From an uncultured delta proteobacterium (GTDB taxonomy: Bacteria; Desulfobacterota; Binatia; Binatales; Binataceae): 64,000 nucleotides of DNA. Positions 1 to 10,534 of this stretch are shown here, piece by piece (position 1 is the stretch's first letter; every line of letters starts with the position of its first letter). Location of the stretch: assembly GCA_963724395.1 (NCBI GenBank), contig CAVRUK010000006.1, positions 2,379,125-2,443,124 of the forward strand. The letters run 5' to 3'. The notes under the pieces were generated by a model. That model was not told the origin of the DNA. It saw nothing but the letters and a program-made list of their open reading frames with translations, and ran no database searches. A program made the position numbers and the translations under genes.

Positions 1-247
1 CCTTCGCGCCGCCACCATTATATGTCCGTTGTTGTAGGGATACTTGTTGAGCATCACGAGCACCTCGCGATTCTCAAACAGGACCAGCATTTCCCGGCGC
101 TCGGCCTCGGTAAGTTTGCCGAAACAGAAGATGCACGCCTTGGGGTCAGAACGGATGCCGCGCAGATACTCGTATCGCCACGGCGCCCATAGCCGGCTGC
201 CTTCGGCGGGAACGGACCCGTTCCCGTCGCGCCGCTCGAGTGACGGC

Positions 248-544
248 TTAGCGGGCCGCTTCTTCGGCGCCATTAACTTCGATTCGGAGTTCCTTGCCCG
301 CCCGGAAGAACGGGATCTTCTTGGCATCGACGCTGACCAGTTGCCCCGTCTTGGGATTGCGCCCTTGCCGCGCGCGGCGCTTCTTCACCGCGAAACTGCC
401 GAAGCCGCGGATTTCGATCCGCTCGCCGCGCGTCAGCGAGCTGGCCATTGCGTCGAACATCGCATTGACGATCGTCTCCGACTCGCGATGCGTAAACTTC
501 TGCCGGCGCGCCAGTAATTCTTCGATGATTTCCCGCTTGGTCAT
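248..544 (-). CDS. ihfB: HU/IHF family DNA-binding protein, likely integration host factor beta subunit
   Basis: 98 aa; HU/IHF fold motifs (GFGSF, arm RNPKTG); sits immediately downstream of rpsA as in the E. coli cmk-rpsA-ihfB order. Confidence 0.75.
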   Translation of the reverse strand: MTKREIIEELLARRQKFTHRESETIVNAMFDAMASSLTRGERIEIRGFGSFAVKKRRARQGRNPKTGQLVSVDAKKIPFFRAGKELRIEVNGAEEAAR

Positions 545-593
545 CGATCTCGCCGCCGTCCGCGCTCCGCATGGACCGAAGCGGCGCCCCCGT

Positions 594-2336
<1,743 letters not shown>

Positions 2337-2395
2337 TTAGTGGGACCTTCCGGGAACTCCGGGACTTCGGGGCTGCTGCAATCCTTACAACCGGG

Positions 2396-3094
2396 CTAGG
2401 CTCGTTTCAAGTCCTTGCCGGCGTTGATTCGAGCGTTAATCTTCGCTTTCATCGCCGCGAGAACCGCTTCGATCGAAAGTTTCGTTGAATCTATCTCCGT
2501 CGCATCCTCCGCGCGCCTGAGCGGCGCCAGCTCGCGGCCGCTGTCACGGCGGTCGCGCTCGACCAGTTGCGCGAGCACTTCAGGCTCCGTGATCGACGCG
2601 CCCTTGCGTTTCAGTTCCTCGAATCTGCGGCGCGCGCGTGTCTTCACGTCGGCATCGAGAAAGAACTTGAACTCGGCGTCGGGAAAGATCGCGGTGCCGA
2701 TGTCGCGTCCTTCCATCACGACGCCGCCGTCCGCGCCCGCCGCGCGCTGCAACTCGCGCATCCGCGCGCGCACCGAAGCGAGCGCCGAGAACTGCGACGC
2801 GAGCTCGCCGATTTCCGGCGCGCTTACCATCGCGGTCACATCCCGTCCGTTGAGGAATATATTTTCGCCATCGAACTTGATCTCGATCTTCGCCAACACC
2901 GGCTTGAGCCGTTCTTCGACCTTCGCATCGTCCCGGCTCACGCCCGCCTCGCGCGCCGCGATCGCCACCGCGCGATACATCGCGCCCGTGTTCAGATACG
3001 AGTACCCCAGCTCGCGCGCCAGCTCGCGCGCCGCCACGGACTTCCCCGCTCCGACCGGTCCGTCGATCGCGATTATTGGACGCGCACGGCTCAT
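2396..3094 (-). CDS. cmk: cytidylate kinase
   Basis: P-loop 'IAIDGPVGAGKS' and CMP kinase motifs; 232 aa; synteny with rpsA. Confidence 0.9.
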   Translation of the reverse strand: MSRARPIIAIDGPVGAGKSVAARELARELGYSYLNTGAMYRAVAIAAREAGVSRDDAKVEERLKPVLAKIEIKFDGENIFLNGRDVTAMVSAPEIGELASQFSALASVRARMRELQRAAGADGGVVMEGRDIGTAIFPDAEFKFFLDADVKTRARRRFEELKRKGASITEPEVLAQLVERDRRDSGRELAPLRRAEDATEIDSTKLSIEAVLAAMKAKINARINAGKDLKRA

Positions 3095-3954
3095 CTGATT
3101 TGTTCCCGCATCGCCCTGCCGCGATTAAAAATTTTCTCGACGCCTTCGATGTCGCCGGCTTCGACCATCCGCTGAAATTCCGCGAACGTCCGGCTGTAGA
3201 GCTTCAGCGCCGCCGCGATCGCCTCCCGATTCGTCGCAAAAATGTCGCGCCACATCTCCCACGACGACGCCGCCAGCCGTGTCGTATCGCGCAGTCCGCC
3301 CGCGCCATACTCCGCCGCGAGCTTGTCGCCGACTTTCTCGCCTTCAAGCGCCGCCGCCAGCACGCTCGACACCGCCTGCGGCAGATGACTCGAGCGCGCA
3401 AGCACAGCGTCATGCGTCGCCGCGTCCATCATCTCGACGCACGCACCAGTCTCGTCCCATAGCTGCTCGATCTTGTTGATCGCCGCGGGCGTGCTCTTCG
3501 CCGACGGCGTGATAATCACGCGCCGGTCCCGAAACAGCGCCGGGTCCGCAGCCGCCGCGCCAGTCGTCTCCTTGCCGGCCACCGGATGCGCCGCGACAAG
3601 TGATCTTTTCCCCGTAATCAGCGGCTCCAGCTCGCGGACGACGTATTCCTTCACGCTGCCGACGTCGGTGATCACCGCGTCCGGCGCCGTGTGCTCGAGC
3701 ATTTTTTCCAGCGTCGCGCGCATCGTCAGTATCGGCACCGCCAGCACGATCAGATCCGCGTCGCGCGCGGCCTCGAGCGGGTCCCGCGTCGCGAGGTCGA
3801 TCATGCCGCGCTCGACCGCAACGTCCAGGTTCGCCTGCGACCGTCCCAGGCCGACCACTTTGCCGACGACGCCCGCGCGCCGCGCGATCAACGCGAGCGA
3901 GCCTCCGATCAGGCCCACTCCGCACACCGTCATTTGCCGAAATAGCTGCGCCAT
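3091..3954 (-). CDS. tyrA: prephenate/arogenate dehydrogenase
   Basis: N-terminal Rossmann 'VGLIGGSLA', TyrA-like core; 4 nt overlap with cmk start. Confidence 0.8.
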   Translation of the reverse strand: MAQLFRQMTVCGVGLIGGSLALIARRAGVVGKVVGLGRSQANLDVAVERGMIDLATRDPLEAARDADLIVLAVPILTMRATLEKMLEHTAPDAVITDVGSVKEYVVRELEPLITGKRSLVAAHPVAGKETTGAAAADPALFRDRRVIITPSAKSTPAAINKIEQLWDETGACVEMMDAATHDAVLARSSHLPQAVSSVLAAALEGEKVGDKLAAEYGAGGLRDTTRLAASSWEMWRDIFATNREAIAAALKLYSRTFAEFQRMVEAGDIEGVEKIFNRGRAMREQIR

Positions 3955-3967
3955 CTGTGTCCCGCGC

Positions 3968-5068
3968 CTACGCGCCGATAACCTCGCCGAGCGCCGCGAC
4001 CAGCCGCCGATTCTCCTCCGGCAGCCCGACGCTGATTCGTACGTGCCGCGGATATCCGTAACCGTTCATCGCGCGCACGATCACGCCCTTGCGGAGCAGC
4101 TTGTCGTATATCGCGCGCCCGTCGCCGACGTCGACGAGACAAAAATTTGCATGACTCGGCACGAACGCGAGCTTCATGCGCGCGAACTCGCGCTCGAGGT
4201 AATCCATCCCCTCCGTATTGACTTGCAGCGTCCTCGCGATATGCGCCCTGTCCTCCATCCCCGCAATCGCCGCGACCTGCGCCAGCGAAGTCACGTTGAA
4301 CGGTTGCCGCACGTTATGCAGCATCTGGATCATGTCCGGCCGCGCCACCGCGTATCCGACGCGAATTCCGGCCAGCCCGAAAATTTTCGAAAACGTCCTG
4401 AGCGTGATTATCAGCCGGCGATCGTCGTGGTCTTCCATCGAGTCCGGATAGTCGGGGTCGCGTACGAATTCGAAGTACGCCTCGTCGGCAACTATCACGA
4501 CCTGCTCCGGCACCCGCTCGAGGAACCGCTTCCATTCGGCGCGCCGGTAGATCGTCCCGGTCGGATTGTTCGGATTGCCGAGAAAAACGATCCGCGTATT
4601 CGCGTCGCAAGCCGCCGCCATCGCGTCGAGGTCGTGCGAGAATCCATCGGCGGTCTTGACCACGCGATGCGCCCCACCGGCCGCCGCCGTCGCCAGCGGA
4701 TAAATCGCGAATGAATGCTCCGAGTAGACCGAGTTCAGCCCCGGCCGCAGGTAAAGAAACGCAAGCAGGTTGAGCACCTCGACCGAGCCCGACGCCGCGA
4801 ACACCCGCTCCACTCCAATCTTGTGATGCGCCGCGATTTTCGCCCGCAGCTCGTAGCTCGCGCCGTCGGGATACCGATTCAACTCGGGCAGCGCCGCCTT
4901 GATCGCCTCGATCGCGCGCGGCGACGGCCCAAGAGGATTCTCGTTCGACGCCAGCTTCACCGGCTCGACGACGCCGAGTTCGCGTTGCAGCTCCTCGATC
5001 GGCTTGCCCGGCTCGTAGGGAGCAAGCGCGGCGACGGAAGGGAGTACGAGATCTTGTGCTTTGATCAA
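3968..5068 (-). CDS. hisC: histidinol-phosphate / aromatic aminotransferase (class II PLP-dependent)
   Basis: HisC-like motifs ('KLASNENPLGPSP', 'RYPD'); 366 aa; embedded in an aromatic amino acid gene block. Confidence 0.8.
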   Translation of the reverse strand: MIKAQDLVLPSVAALAPYEPGKPIEELQRELGVVEPVKLASNENPLGPSPRAIEAIKAALPELNRYPDGASYELRAKIAAHHKIGVERVFAASGSVEVLNLLAFLYLRPGLNSVYSEHSFAIYPLATAAAGGAHRVVKTADGFSHDLDAMAAACDANTRIVFLGNPNNPTGTIYRRAEWKRFLERVPEQVVIVADEAYFEFVRDPDYPDSMEDHDDRRLIITLRTFSKIFGLAGIRVGYAVARPDMIQMLHNVRQPFNVTSLAQVAAIAGMEDRAHIARTLQVNTEGMDYLEREFARMKLAFVPSHANFCLVDVGDGRAIYDKLLRKGVIVRAMNGYGYPRHVRISVGLPEENRRLVAALGEVIGA

Positions 5069-5121
5069 AACGGGTGACGGCCAGTAAAAGAAAAGTGAGA
5101 AATCTTTTTCGGCTGCCCGGC

Positions 5122-6237
5122 TCAGGCAGCGGCCGACCTTCCTTCAGGATACGATCCTAAGACCTTCAAGAATAGAGCCTTGCTCGACAACGATTTGAGG
5201 GCGCGGGCCAGCTTGGGGTCGTCACGATGCCCCATAACGTCAACAAAGAACAGGTATTCCCACGGCCGCGCGCGCAGCGGACGCGATTCGATCTTCGAAA
5301 TATTTATCGCGTTGCGCGCAAACAGGTTCAGCGCCTGGTTGAGCGTGCCCACCCGGTCCGCCACCGCGAACAGCAGTGTAGTCTTGTCCTTGCCCGACCG
5401 CTCCACCGGCCGCGTCCCCATCACGAGGAATCGCGTCATGTTGGTCGCGAGGTCCTGCACGTTGGTCGCGATCGGCTTGAGCCCATACGCCTCGGCCGCC
5501 GCCAACGACGCGATCGCCGCCAACGACCCGTCCGCCGCCGCGCGCTGAGCAGCCAGCGCGTTCGACGCTACCGCCTCGACCTCCGTCTGCGGAAAGTTCG
5601 CCACGAGGTAGCCGCGGCACTGCGCCAGCAACTGCTGATGCGCAACTATCCTCGTCACCTCGTCGCGCTTGCCGCTGAGCGACATTATCGCGGGCCGAAC
5701 CGGCAGCAGCACTTCGCCGACTATCACCAGCGCCGTGTCGATCAGCAGGTCGAGCACCAGGTTGATCGATCCTTCGGTCGAGTTCTCGACCGGCACCACG
5801 CCGAAATCCGCGCGCGCGTTCTCGATCGCCTGGAAGACCGCGGCGAACGACTCCAGCGGCATCATCTCGACGCTCGAGCCGAACCGCATCCGCGCCGCCT
5901 CATGCGAATACGTATGCACCGGGCCGAGGAATGCGACGCGCGCCTCATGCTCGAGCGCGCGGCAGGCCGAAATTATCTCGACGTAAATCCGCTTAACCTG
6001 CTCGTCGGTGAGCGGCCCCTGGTTCTCGGCGATCATCTTTTCGATAATCGCGCGTTCGCGCACCGGCTGATAAACTTCGCCGCCCTCATGATGCTTCAGT
6101 CTGCCAATCTCGGTGGCCACGCTGGCCCGCGCCGATATCAGCCGCAGAATTTTGAGATTGAGCTCGTCCATCCGCGCCCGCAGCGTCTCTATTGATGGCG
6201 GTTCTGGTACCGGCTTCCTGGCAACTCGAGATGACAT
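5122..6237 (-). CDS. pheA: bifunctional chorismate mutase / prephenate dehydratase (P-protein)
   Basis: N-terminal chorismate mutase helix region, prephenate dehydratase ('ENSTEGSIN') and C-terminal ACT domain. Confidence 0.85.
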   Translation of the reverse strand: MSSRVARKPVPEPPSIETLRARMDELNLKILRLISARASVATEIGRLKHHEGGEVYQPVRERAIIEKMIAENQGPLTDEQVKRIYVEIISACRALEHEARVAFLGPVHTYSHEAARMRFGSSVEMMPLESFAAVFQAIENARADFGVVPVENSTEGSINLVLDLLIDTALVIVGEVLLPVRPAIMSLSGKRDEVTRIVAHQQLLAQCRGYLVANFPQTEVEAVASNALAAQRAAADGSLAAIASLAAAEAYGLKPIATNVQDLATNMTRFLVMGTRPVERSGKDKTTLLFAVADRVGTLNQALNLFARNAINISKIESRPLRARPWEYLFFVDVMGHRDDPKLARALKSLSSKALFLKVLGSYPEGRSAAA

Positions 6238-6312
6238 CGAACCAGAATGGCTACCCGATCAACCGCCCCTTTTCAACGCACGCCGCCGGCGCCTGATCCT
6301 AACCTTAACCTT

Positions 6313-6415
6313 CTAACAGGGACGAAGTCCCGCATCTTTCCTGTCACTGGGTGCAGGGGTCACCCCTGCCGAAGGAAGTGTGAAACCCACCGCGGGTTTC
6401 ACATTAAATAAAGTG
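6313..6415. repeat. REP/MITE-like intergenic repeat, family A, copy 1
   Basis: About 100 bp element 'aacagggacgaagtcccgcatc...ctgggtgcaggggtcacccctgcc..gtgaaacccaccgcgggtttcacattaaataaagtg' with two perfect hairpins (GCAGGGG-TCA-CCCCTGC and GTGAAACCC-N5-GGGTTTCAC). Recurs at 8522, 59950(rc), 60174 and 62051. Confidence 0.8.
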
Positions 6416-6482
6416 TCTTGACTAGTAGTTAATACTTGCAAACTACCTGCTAACACTGCCATTATGCCCACTAACCCCGACC

Positions 6483-7715
6483 GTGAAAATCTATCCCCTA
6501 ATCCCTCTCCTTGCACTCGCGATACTGCTCGCCAGCTGTAACGGCGGCGGCGGAGGCTCGCAGTCTTCGCCGGCGACCTCCGGCATCGTTCACTTCGTTC
6601 CCAACTCGCACGCGTTCTGGAGCGATCCGTCGAACTGGACGACCAGCTTCGGCCCCGCCTATGCCGACATCACGCTCGCGTCGAGCAACTTCGTGCCGTG
6701 CCGGGGCGGACCCTACGCGCTCTGCTATTACTCCGGCCCTGGCTCTGGCGCCGAAGACCTCTCATGCACGATGACCGCGGACGGCAATTACGCCAACTGC
6801 CAATGCTTCGACATTCCGTACGGCGTCTACTTCGTCGACATCAACGCCATTCTCAACCACGACATCTACGAAAAGACCATCGCGCAATGCGGCGCCGACG
6901 GCAGCCTCTGCGCGACGCTCAACTCGGCCCCGGTATGCGCCAACGTCAACGCAGGAAATCTGATTCCCGGCACGAGCGTCTACTCGACCTTCAGCTTCGA
7001 TTGCGTCCCCGAAAACGGACTCGGCCTGACCAACTGCGCGACCGCGCCGTACGCCGGATGCATGACCGCGCCGTGTTTCAAAACCACGCAAGCCGGCATC
7101 GTCAATTGTTCGTGCCCGGTCTTCAACGGTCCCTACCAGGTCGGCCAGAACGACCAGGCATGCATGCTCGGCAGCGACCTCGTATGGTCGGCGGCCTACG
7201 CTCCCGCCGCAACGCCTACGGCCACGCCCCTGCCACCCAGCTTCTCAGCAATGCCCGCTAACTCGCGCGCCGCCGCGCCCGGCGCCGTTCCCAGCCCGGG
7301 AACCTGCCTGCCCGACGCGCCCGGCGGCTTCGGATGCTCGCTCTACGTCCCCGGCGTCACGATGCTGCCGGCCGACAGCGGCGTCGATTGCGCCAAGGTC
7401 TGCGACGAATACCATACCTGCCTTCAACCGAAAGGCGCGCAGGCCGGCTTCACCTGCGATGCCACGCTATGCACCGACGAATGCAACGATCGCGACCTGG
7501 TGAGCGTCGCATGCGACGGACTCGCCGGATGCGACATTTCCGAAATCGTCAAAGCCGAAACCGCCGCCGAATGCAGTTGCTGCGCAAGCCAGCTATGCGG
7601 CTGCGACCCCAGCCCGGAAACCAACCAGGCGATCAGCGCCCTGAATCAACAGCAACGCGAGCGCGGCATCAAGCCGCAATGCGACATCAACGGCACCTTG
7701 TGCGGCTCCCCGTGA
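6483..7715 (+). CDS. cysteine-rich secreted lipoprotein, function unknown
   Basis: Signal peptide plus lipobox (LLASC); about 40 Cys in 410 aa with CxC/CxxC spacing; no recognisable enzymatic motif. Confidence 0.6.
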   Translation: MKIYPLIPLLALAILLASCNGGGGGSQSSPATSGIVHFVPNSHAFWSDPSNWTTSFGPAYADITLASSNFVPCRGGPYALCYYSGPGSGAEDLSCTMTADGNYANCQCFDIPYGVYFVDINAILNHDIYEKTIAQCGADGSLCATLNSAPVCANVNAGNLIPGTSVYSTFSFDCVPENGLGLTNCATAPYAGCMTAPCFKTTQAGIVNCSCPVFNGPYQVGQNDQACMLGSDLVWSAAYAPAATPTATPLPPSFSAMPANSRAAAPGAVPSPGTCLPDAPGGFGCSLYVPGVTMLPADSGVDCAKVCDEYHTCLQPKGAQAGFTCDATLCTDECNDRDLVSVACDGLAGCDISEIVKAETAAECSCCASQLCGCDPSPETNQAISALNQQQRERGIKPQCDINGTLCGSP

Positions 7716-7732
7716 ACGTCTCCGCGATTGTT

Positions 7733-7770
7733 CCCCTTCCCTCGAGGGAAGGGGTTAGGGGTTAGGTTGG
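7733..7770. repeat. short palindromic hairpin repeat, family B (inverted repeat + GGTTAGG)
   Basis: 'ccccttccc tcga gggaagggg ttaggggttagg'. Lies between convergent genes, so likely also acts as a bidirectional terminator. Confidence 0.6.
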
Positions 7771-7779
7771 CCCGATCGC

Positions 7780-8199
7780 TCAGGTCGCCCAGGGATCATA
7801 ACTCCCAAAACTCCAGATATGACCCTCCAGATCGCGACAGGTATAGCCCCTGCCGCCGTAGTCCTCATCCTGGACGTCTCTCAGCATCGTCGCGCCGGCG
7901 GCCTTGGCGCGCGCGTAATGCGCGTCGCAATCGGCGACGATTACGTAGGCGCTCTGCGTCTCAGCGCCTCCGATTTCATCCGGATGCTTCATCAGGCGGC
8001 CGAACATACCGCCGCCCACGGACGACAGCATGATCATCCCGTTGTCAAAAGTAAGCTGCGCGTGAGCGATCCCGCCGTCCTTATCGGGCACCACCAGATG
8101 TTTCTCGAAGCCGAAAGCCTTGCACAGCCATTCGATAGCCGCCGGCGCATTTCGATAGCGCATAGACGGAATAATTCTCGCGTGCGTGTTGGTGTCCAT
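7780..8199 (-). CDS. VOC (glyoxalase/bleomycin-resistance fold) family protein
   Basis: 139 aa, PhnB/glyoxalase-like pattern. Confidence 0.65.
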   Translation of the reverse strand: MDTNTHARIIPSMRYRNAPAAIEWLCKAFGFEKHLVVPDKDGGIAHAQLTFDNGMIMLSSVGGGMFGRLMKHPDEIGGAETQSAYVIVADCDAHYARAKAAGATMLRDVQDEDYGGRGYTCRDLEGHIWSFGSYDPWAT

Positions 8200-8254
8200 C
8201 GAAGCGACCTCCTGCGATTGCTAACTGAACAGATAACCCACCGCGCCGCGAAAA

Positions 8255-8312
8255 GGTTACGGTTACGGATCCCCATCTTAACCTCTCCTTGTCCGAGGAG
8301 AGGTCGGCGTAA
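8255..8312. repeat. short palindromic hairpin repeat, family B
   Basis: 'ggttacggttacgg..aacctctcct tgtccg aggagaggt'. Near-identical hairpin at 60085-60122. Confidence 0.6.
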
Positions 8313-8481
8313 GCCGCGCAGCGGTGTCGCCGGGTGAGGTGCAATGCTCGACACCGCACCGAACGTCAACTCGTTCGCAATGCAGAGACACCGAGTTCGG
8401 CGCGCGACAGCAGCGCAACTACGCACAACTACGATGGCCAGCGTTGCACTTCTCCCGGCGCTTACCTTCGGCGCGCGCCGA

Positions 8482-8508
8482 CCTCCCCTCGGATAAGGGG
8501 AGGTTAGG
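8482..8508. repeat. short palindromic hairpin repeat, family B
   Basis: 'cctcccctc ggat aagggg aggttagg'. Confidence 0.5.
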
Positions 8509-8521
8509 ATCGGGCGCGATG

Positions 8522-8608
8522 CCCCGCATCGTTCTTAGTACCGGGTGCAGGGGTCACCCCTGCCGAAGGAAGCGTGAAACCCACGCGGGTTTCACATTAA
8601 ATAAAGTG
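8522..8608. repeat. REP/MITE-like intergenic repeat, family A, copy 2
   Basis: Same two-hairpin element as 6313-6415 ('ccccgcatcgttcttagtaccgggtgcaggggtcacccctgccgaaggaagcgtgaaacccacgcgggtttcacattaaataaagtg'). Confidence 0.8.
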
Positions 8609-8615
8609 AATTTGC

Positions 8616-9542
8616 CTACTCGACCGACCTATCACTCTCGACGCGGCTGCGGGTCAGGTACACCGAGCCCATAGCGGCGAACTTCCGTTCGCGCGCGCGG
8701 CGCAACTCCTGCGGTTTCAGCTTGAGCAGGCGCTCAAGATGCCGCGCCAGGGCCGCGCCGATCAGATGAGCCGCTTCGGCGGGTGCCGTATGGGCTCCGC
8801 CGACGGGCTCCGGCACGATCTCGTCGATCAATCCAAGCTCCAGCAAGTCGGGCGCCGACAACTTCAGCGCCGACGCCGCCGCGGCGACGTTCTCCTCTCC
8901 GCCCGCGCGCCACAAAATCGCCGCGCATCCTTCGGGCGTGATCACCGAGTAGCACGCGTTCTCCTGCATCAGCACCACGTTCGCCACTCCGAGCGCCAAC
9001 GCGCCGCCGGAGCCGCCCTCGCCGATCACGCATGCGACGATTGGCACCGTCAGCCGCGCCATCAGTTCGAGGTTGCGCGCGATCGCCTCGATCTGCCCGC
9101 GCTCTTCCGCGCCGACTCCCGACTCCGCGCCTTGAGTGTCGATCAGCGTGATAATTGGTAGCCCAAACCGCTCTGCCAGTTCGTAAACGCGCGTTGCCTT
9201 CCGATAGCCCTCGGGCAGCGGCTTCCCGAAATTGCGCTTGATTCTCTCATTGGTGGAGCGGCCCCGCTGATGCCCAACCACGGCGACCGCGCGGCGCCCG
9301 AAATATGCGAGCCCCGCCACGATCGCACCGTCGTCGGCGAAGCGGCGGTCACCGTGTATCTCGACAAAGTCGCGCATGAGCAGGTCGATATAGTCGAGCG
9401 TCTGCGGCCGATTGGCATGGCGCGCCAGGCGCACGCGCTCGATTGCGCTGCGCGGCTCGGCCGCCGGACCCTCGACCGTCGCGACATCGTGGCCGCGATT
9501 TTTGCCGCCGCGCGCCCTATGTCCGTTCGAATTGTTTTTCAA
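8616..9542 (-). CDS. accA: acetyl-CoA carboxylase carboxyltransferase alpha subunit
   Basis: AccA signature region ('LDYIDLLMRDFVEIHGDRRFADD', 'GFGLPIITLIDTQGA'). Confidence 0.9.
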   Translation of the reverse strand: MKNNSNGHRARGGKNRGHDVATVEGPAAEPRSAIERVRLARHANRPQTLDYIDLLMRDFVEIHGDRRFADDGAIVAGLAYFGRRAVAVVGHQRGRSTNERIKRNFGKPLPEGYRKATRVYELAERFGLPIITLIDTQGAESGVGAEERGQIEAIARNLELMARLTVPIVACVIGEGGSGGALALGVANVVLMQENACYSVITPEGCAAILWRAGGEENVAAAASALKLSAPDLLELGLIDEIVPEPVGGAHTAPAEAAHLIGAALARHLERLLKLKPQELRRARERKFAAMGSVYLTRSRVESDRSVE

Positions 9543-10534
9543 TCCGCTTCACGCCTGCCTGTCGCAAACAATTTCTCGAACAACGCAAGAGCATCCTGAG
9601 CGCCGCGCTCGGGGTCAAGCCACACGACGTCCCGCTCGCGGCGAAACCAGGTGAGTTGACGCTTCGCCAGCCGCCGCGATTCCTGCTTCGCTTGCGCAAT
9701 CGCATCGTCAAGCGCCATCTCGCCGCGCAGATACGCCGCGATCTGCTTGTACCCAATCGTACTAAGCGGCGGCTTCTCGGGCGAGTATGCCGCCTCGATC
9801 AGCACCCGCGTCTCCGCGACCAGCCCGGCCGCGACCATCGCGTCGAAGCGCCGGTCGATAGCCTCGTAGAGCGTTTTCCGTTCGACTTCGACGCCGACAG
9901 TTAAGGTGTCGTAGCCGATATCGGCAAATCGATGCCGCCGCTGATGCGCCGAGATCGTTTCACCGGTCAGCTCGAAGACTTCGAGCGCGCGCACGACGCG
10001 GTACAAGTCGTTGACACCGATTCGATTCGCCGCCTCGGGATCGACCTCACGCAACCGCTGATGCAGATGCGCGACGCCGTGCTCCGCCGCGATTGTCGCC
10101 AGTCGGTCGCGAATCTCGCTCGAAGCGGCCGGCCCGCGAAAGATTCCGCCGCGGATCACGCGCAGATAAAGCCCGCTGCCGCCGACCACCAGCGGATTTC
10201 GCCCGCGCGCCGCGATTTCCTCGATACCGGCGCGCGCGAGTTGCGCGAACTCCGCCACGTCGAGCGACTGGTCGGGATTGCGCACGTCTATAAGATGATG
10301 CGGCACGCGCGCCCGGTCGGCAGCGGACGGTTTCGCCGTACCGAGATCCATCCCGCGGTAGAACTGCCGCGAGTCGGCGTTGACTATCTCGCAGTTCGAG
10401 CGCTCCGCCACCGCCATCGCGAGCGCAGACTTGCCCGCCCCGGTCGGCCCGACGATAAACCCGACGGCGATTCCCGCCGGACGCGTCCGCGCCGCGATTC
10501 CCGCCGCCTCTTCCGATGCCGGCAGGGCGCTCAT
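9539..10534 (-). CDS. miaA: tRNA dimethylallyltransferase
   Basis: P-loop 'GPTGAGKS' and MiaA motifs. The ORF-track N-terminal extension (to 10711) lies inside mutL. The likely start at 10534 gives the ATGA-type 4 nt overlap with the mutL stop. Confidence 0.85.
   Translation of the reverse strand: MSALPASEEAAGIAARTRPAGIAVGFIVGPTGAGKSALAMAVAERSNCEIVNADSRQFYRGMDLGTAKPSAADRARVPHHLIDVRNPDQSLDVAEFAQLARAGIEEIAARGRNPLVVGGSGLYLRVIRGGIFRGPAASSEIRDRLATIAAEHGVAHLHQRLREVDPEAANRIGVNDLYRVVRALEVFELTGETISAHQRRHRFADIGYDTLTVGVEVERKTLYEAIDRRFDAMVAAGLVAETRVLIEAAYSPEKPPLSTIGYKQIAAYLRGEMALDDAIAQAKQESRRLAKRQLTWFRRERDVVWLDPERGAQDALALFEKLFATGRREAD

Noticed and set aside
7751-7770. 'GGGGTTAGGGGTTAGG' resembling telomeric TTAGGG repeats
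   Set aside because: Only two units, embedded in the family B hairpin repeat. Coincidental.
6313-8608. Possibility that the dispersed repeats are a CRISPR array
   Set aside because: Repeats are about 90 bp, irregularly spaced by kilobases, and occur in both orientations. No cas genes are present.
8324-8674. 116 aa ORF and several inverted repeats (GCGGTGTCG...CGACACCGC, CGAAC...GTTCG) in the 8.2-8.6 kb spacer; possible ncRNA
   Set aside because: The ORF has no coding character. The stems could belong to the REP-like elements filling this spacer. No match to an RNA family I can recognise by eye.
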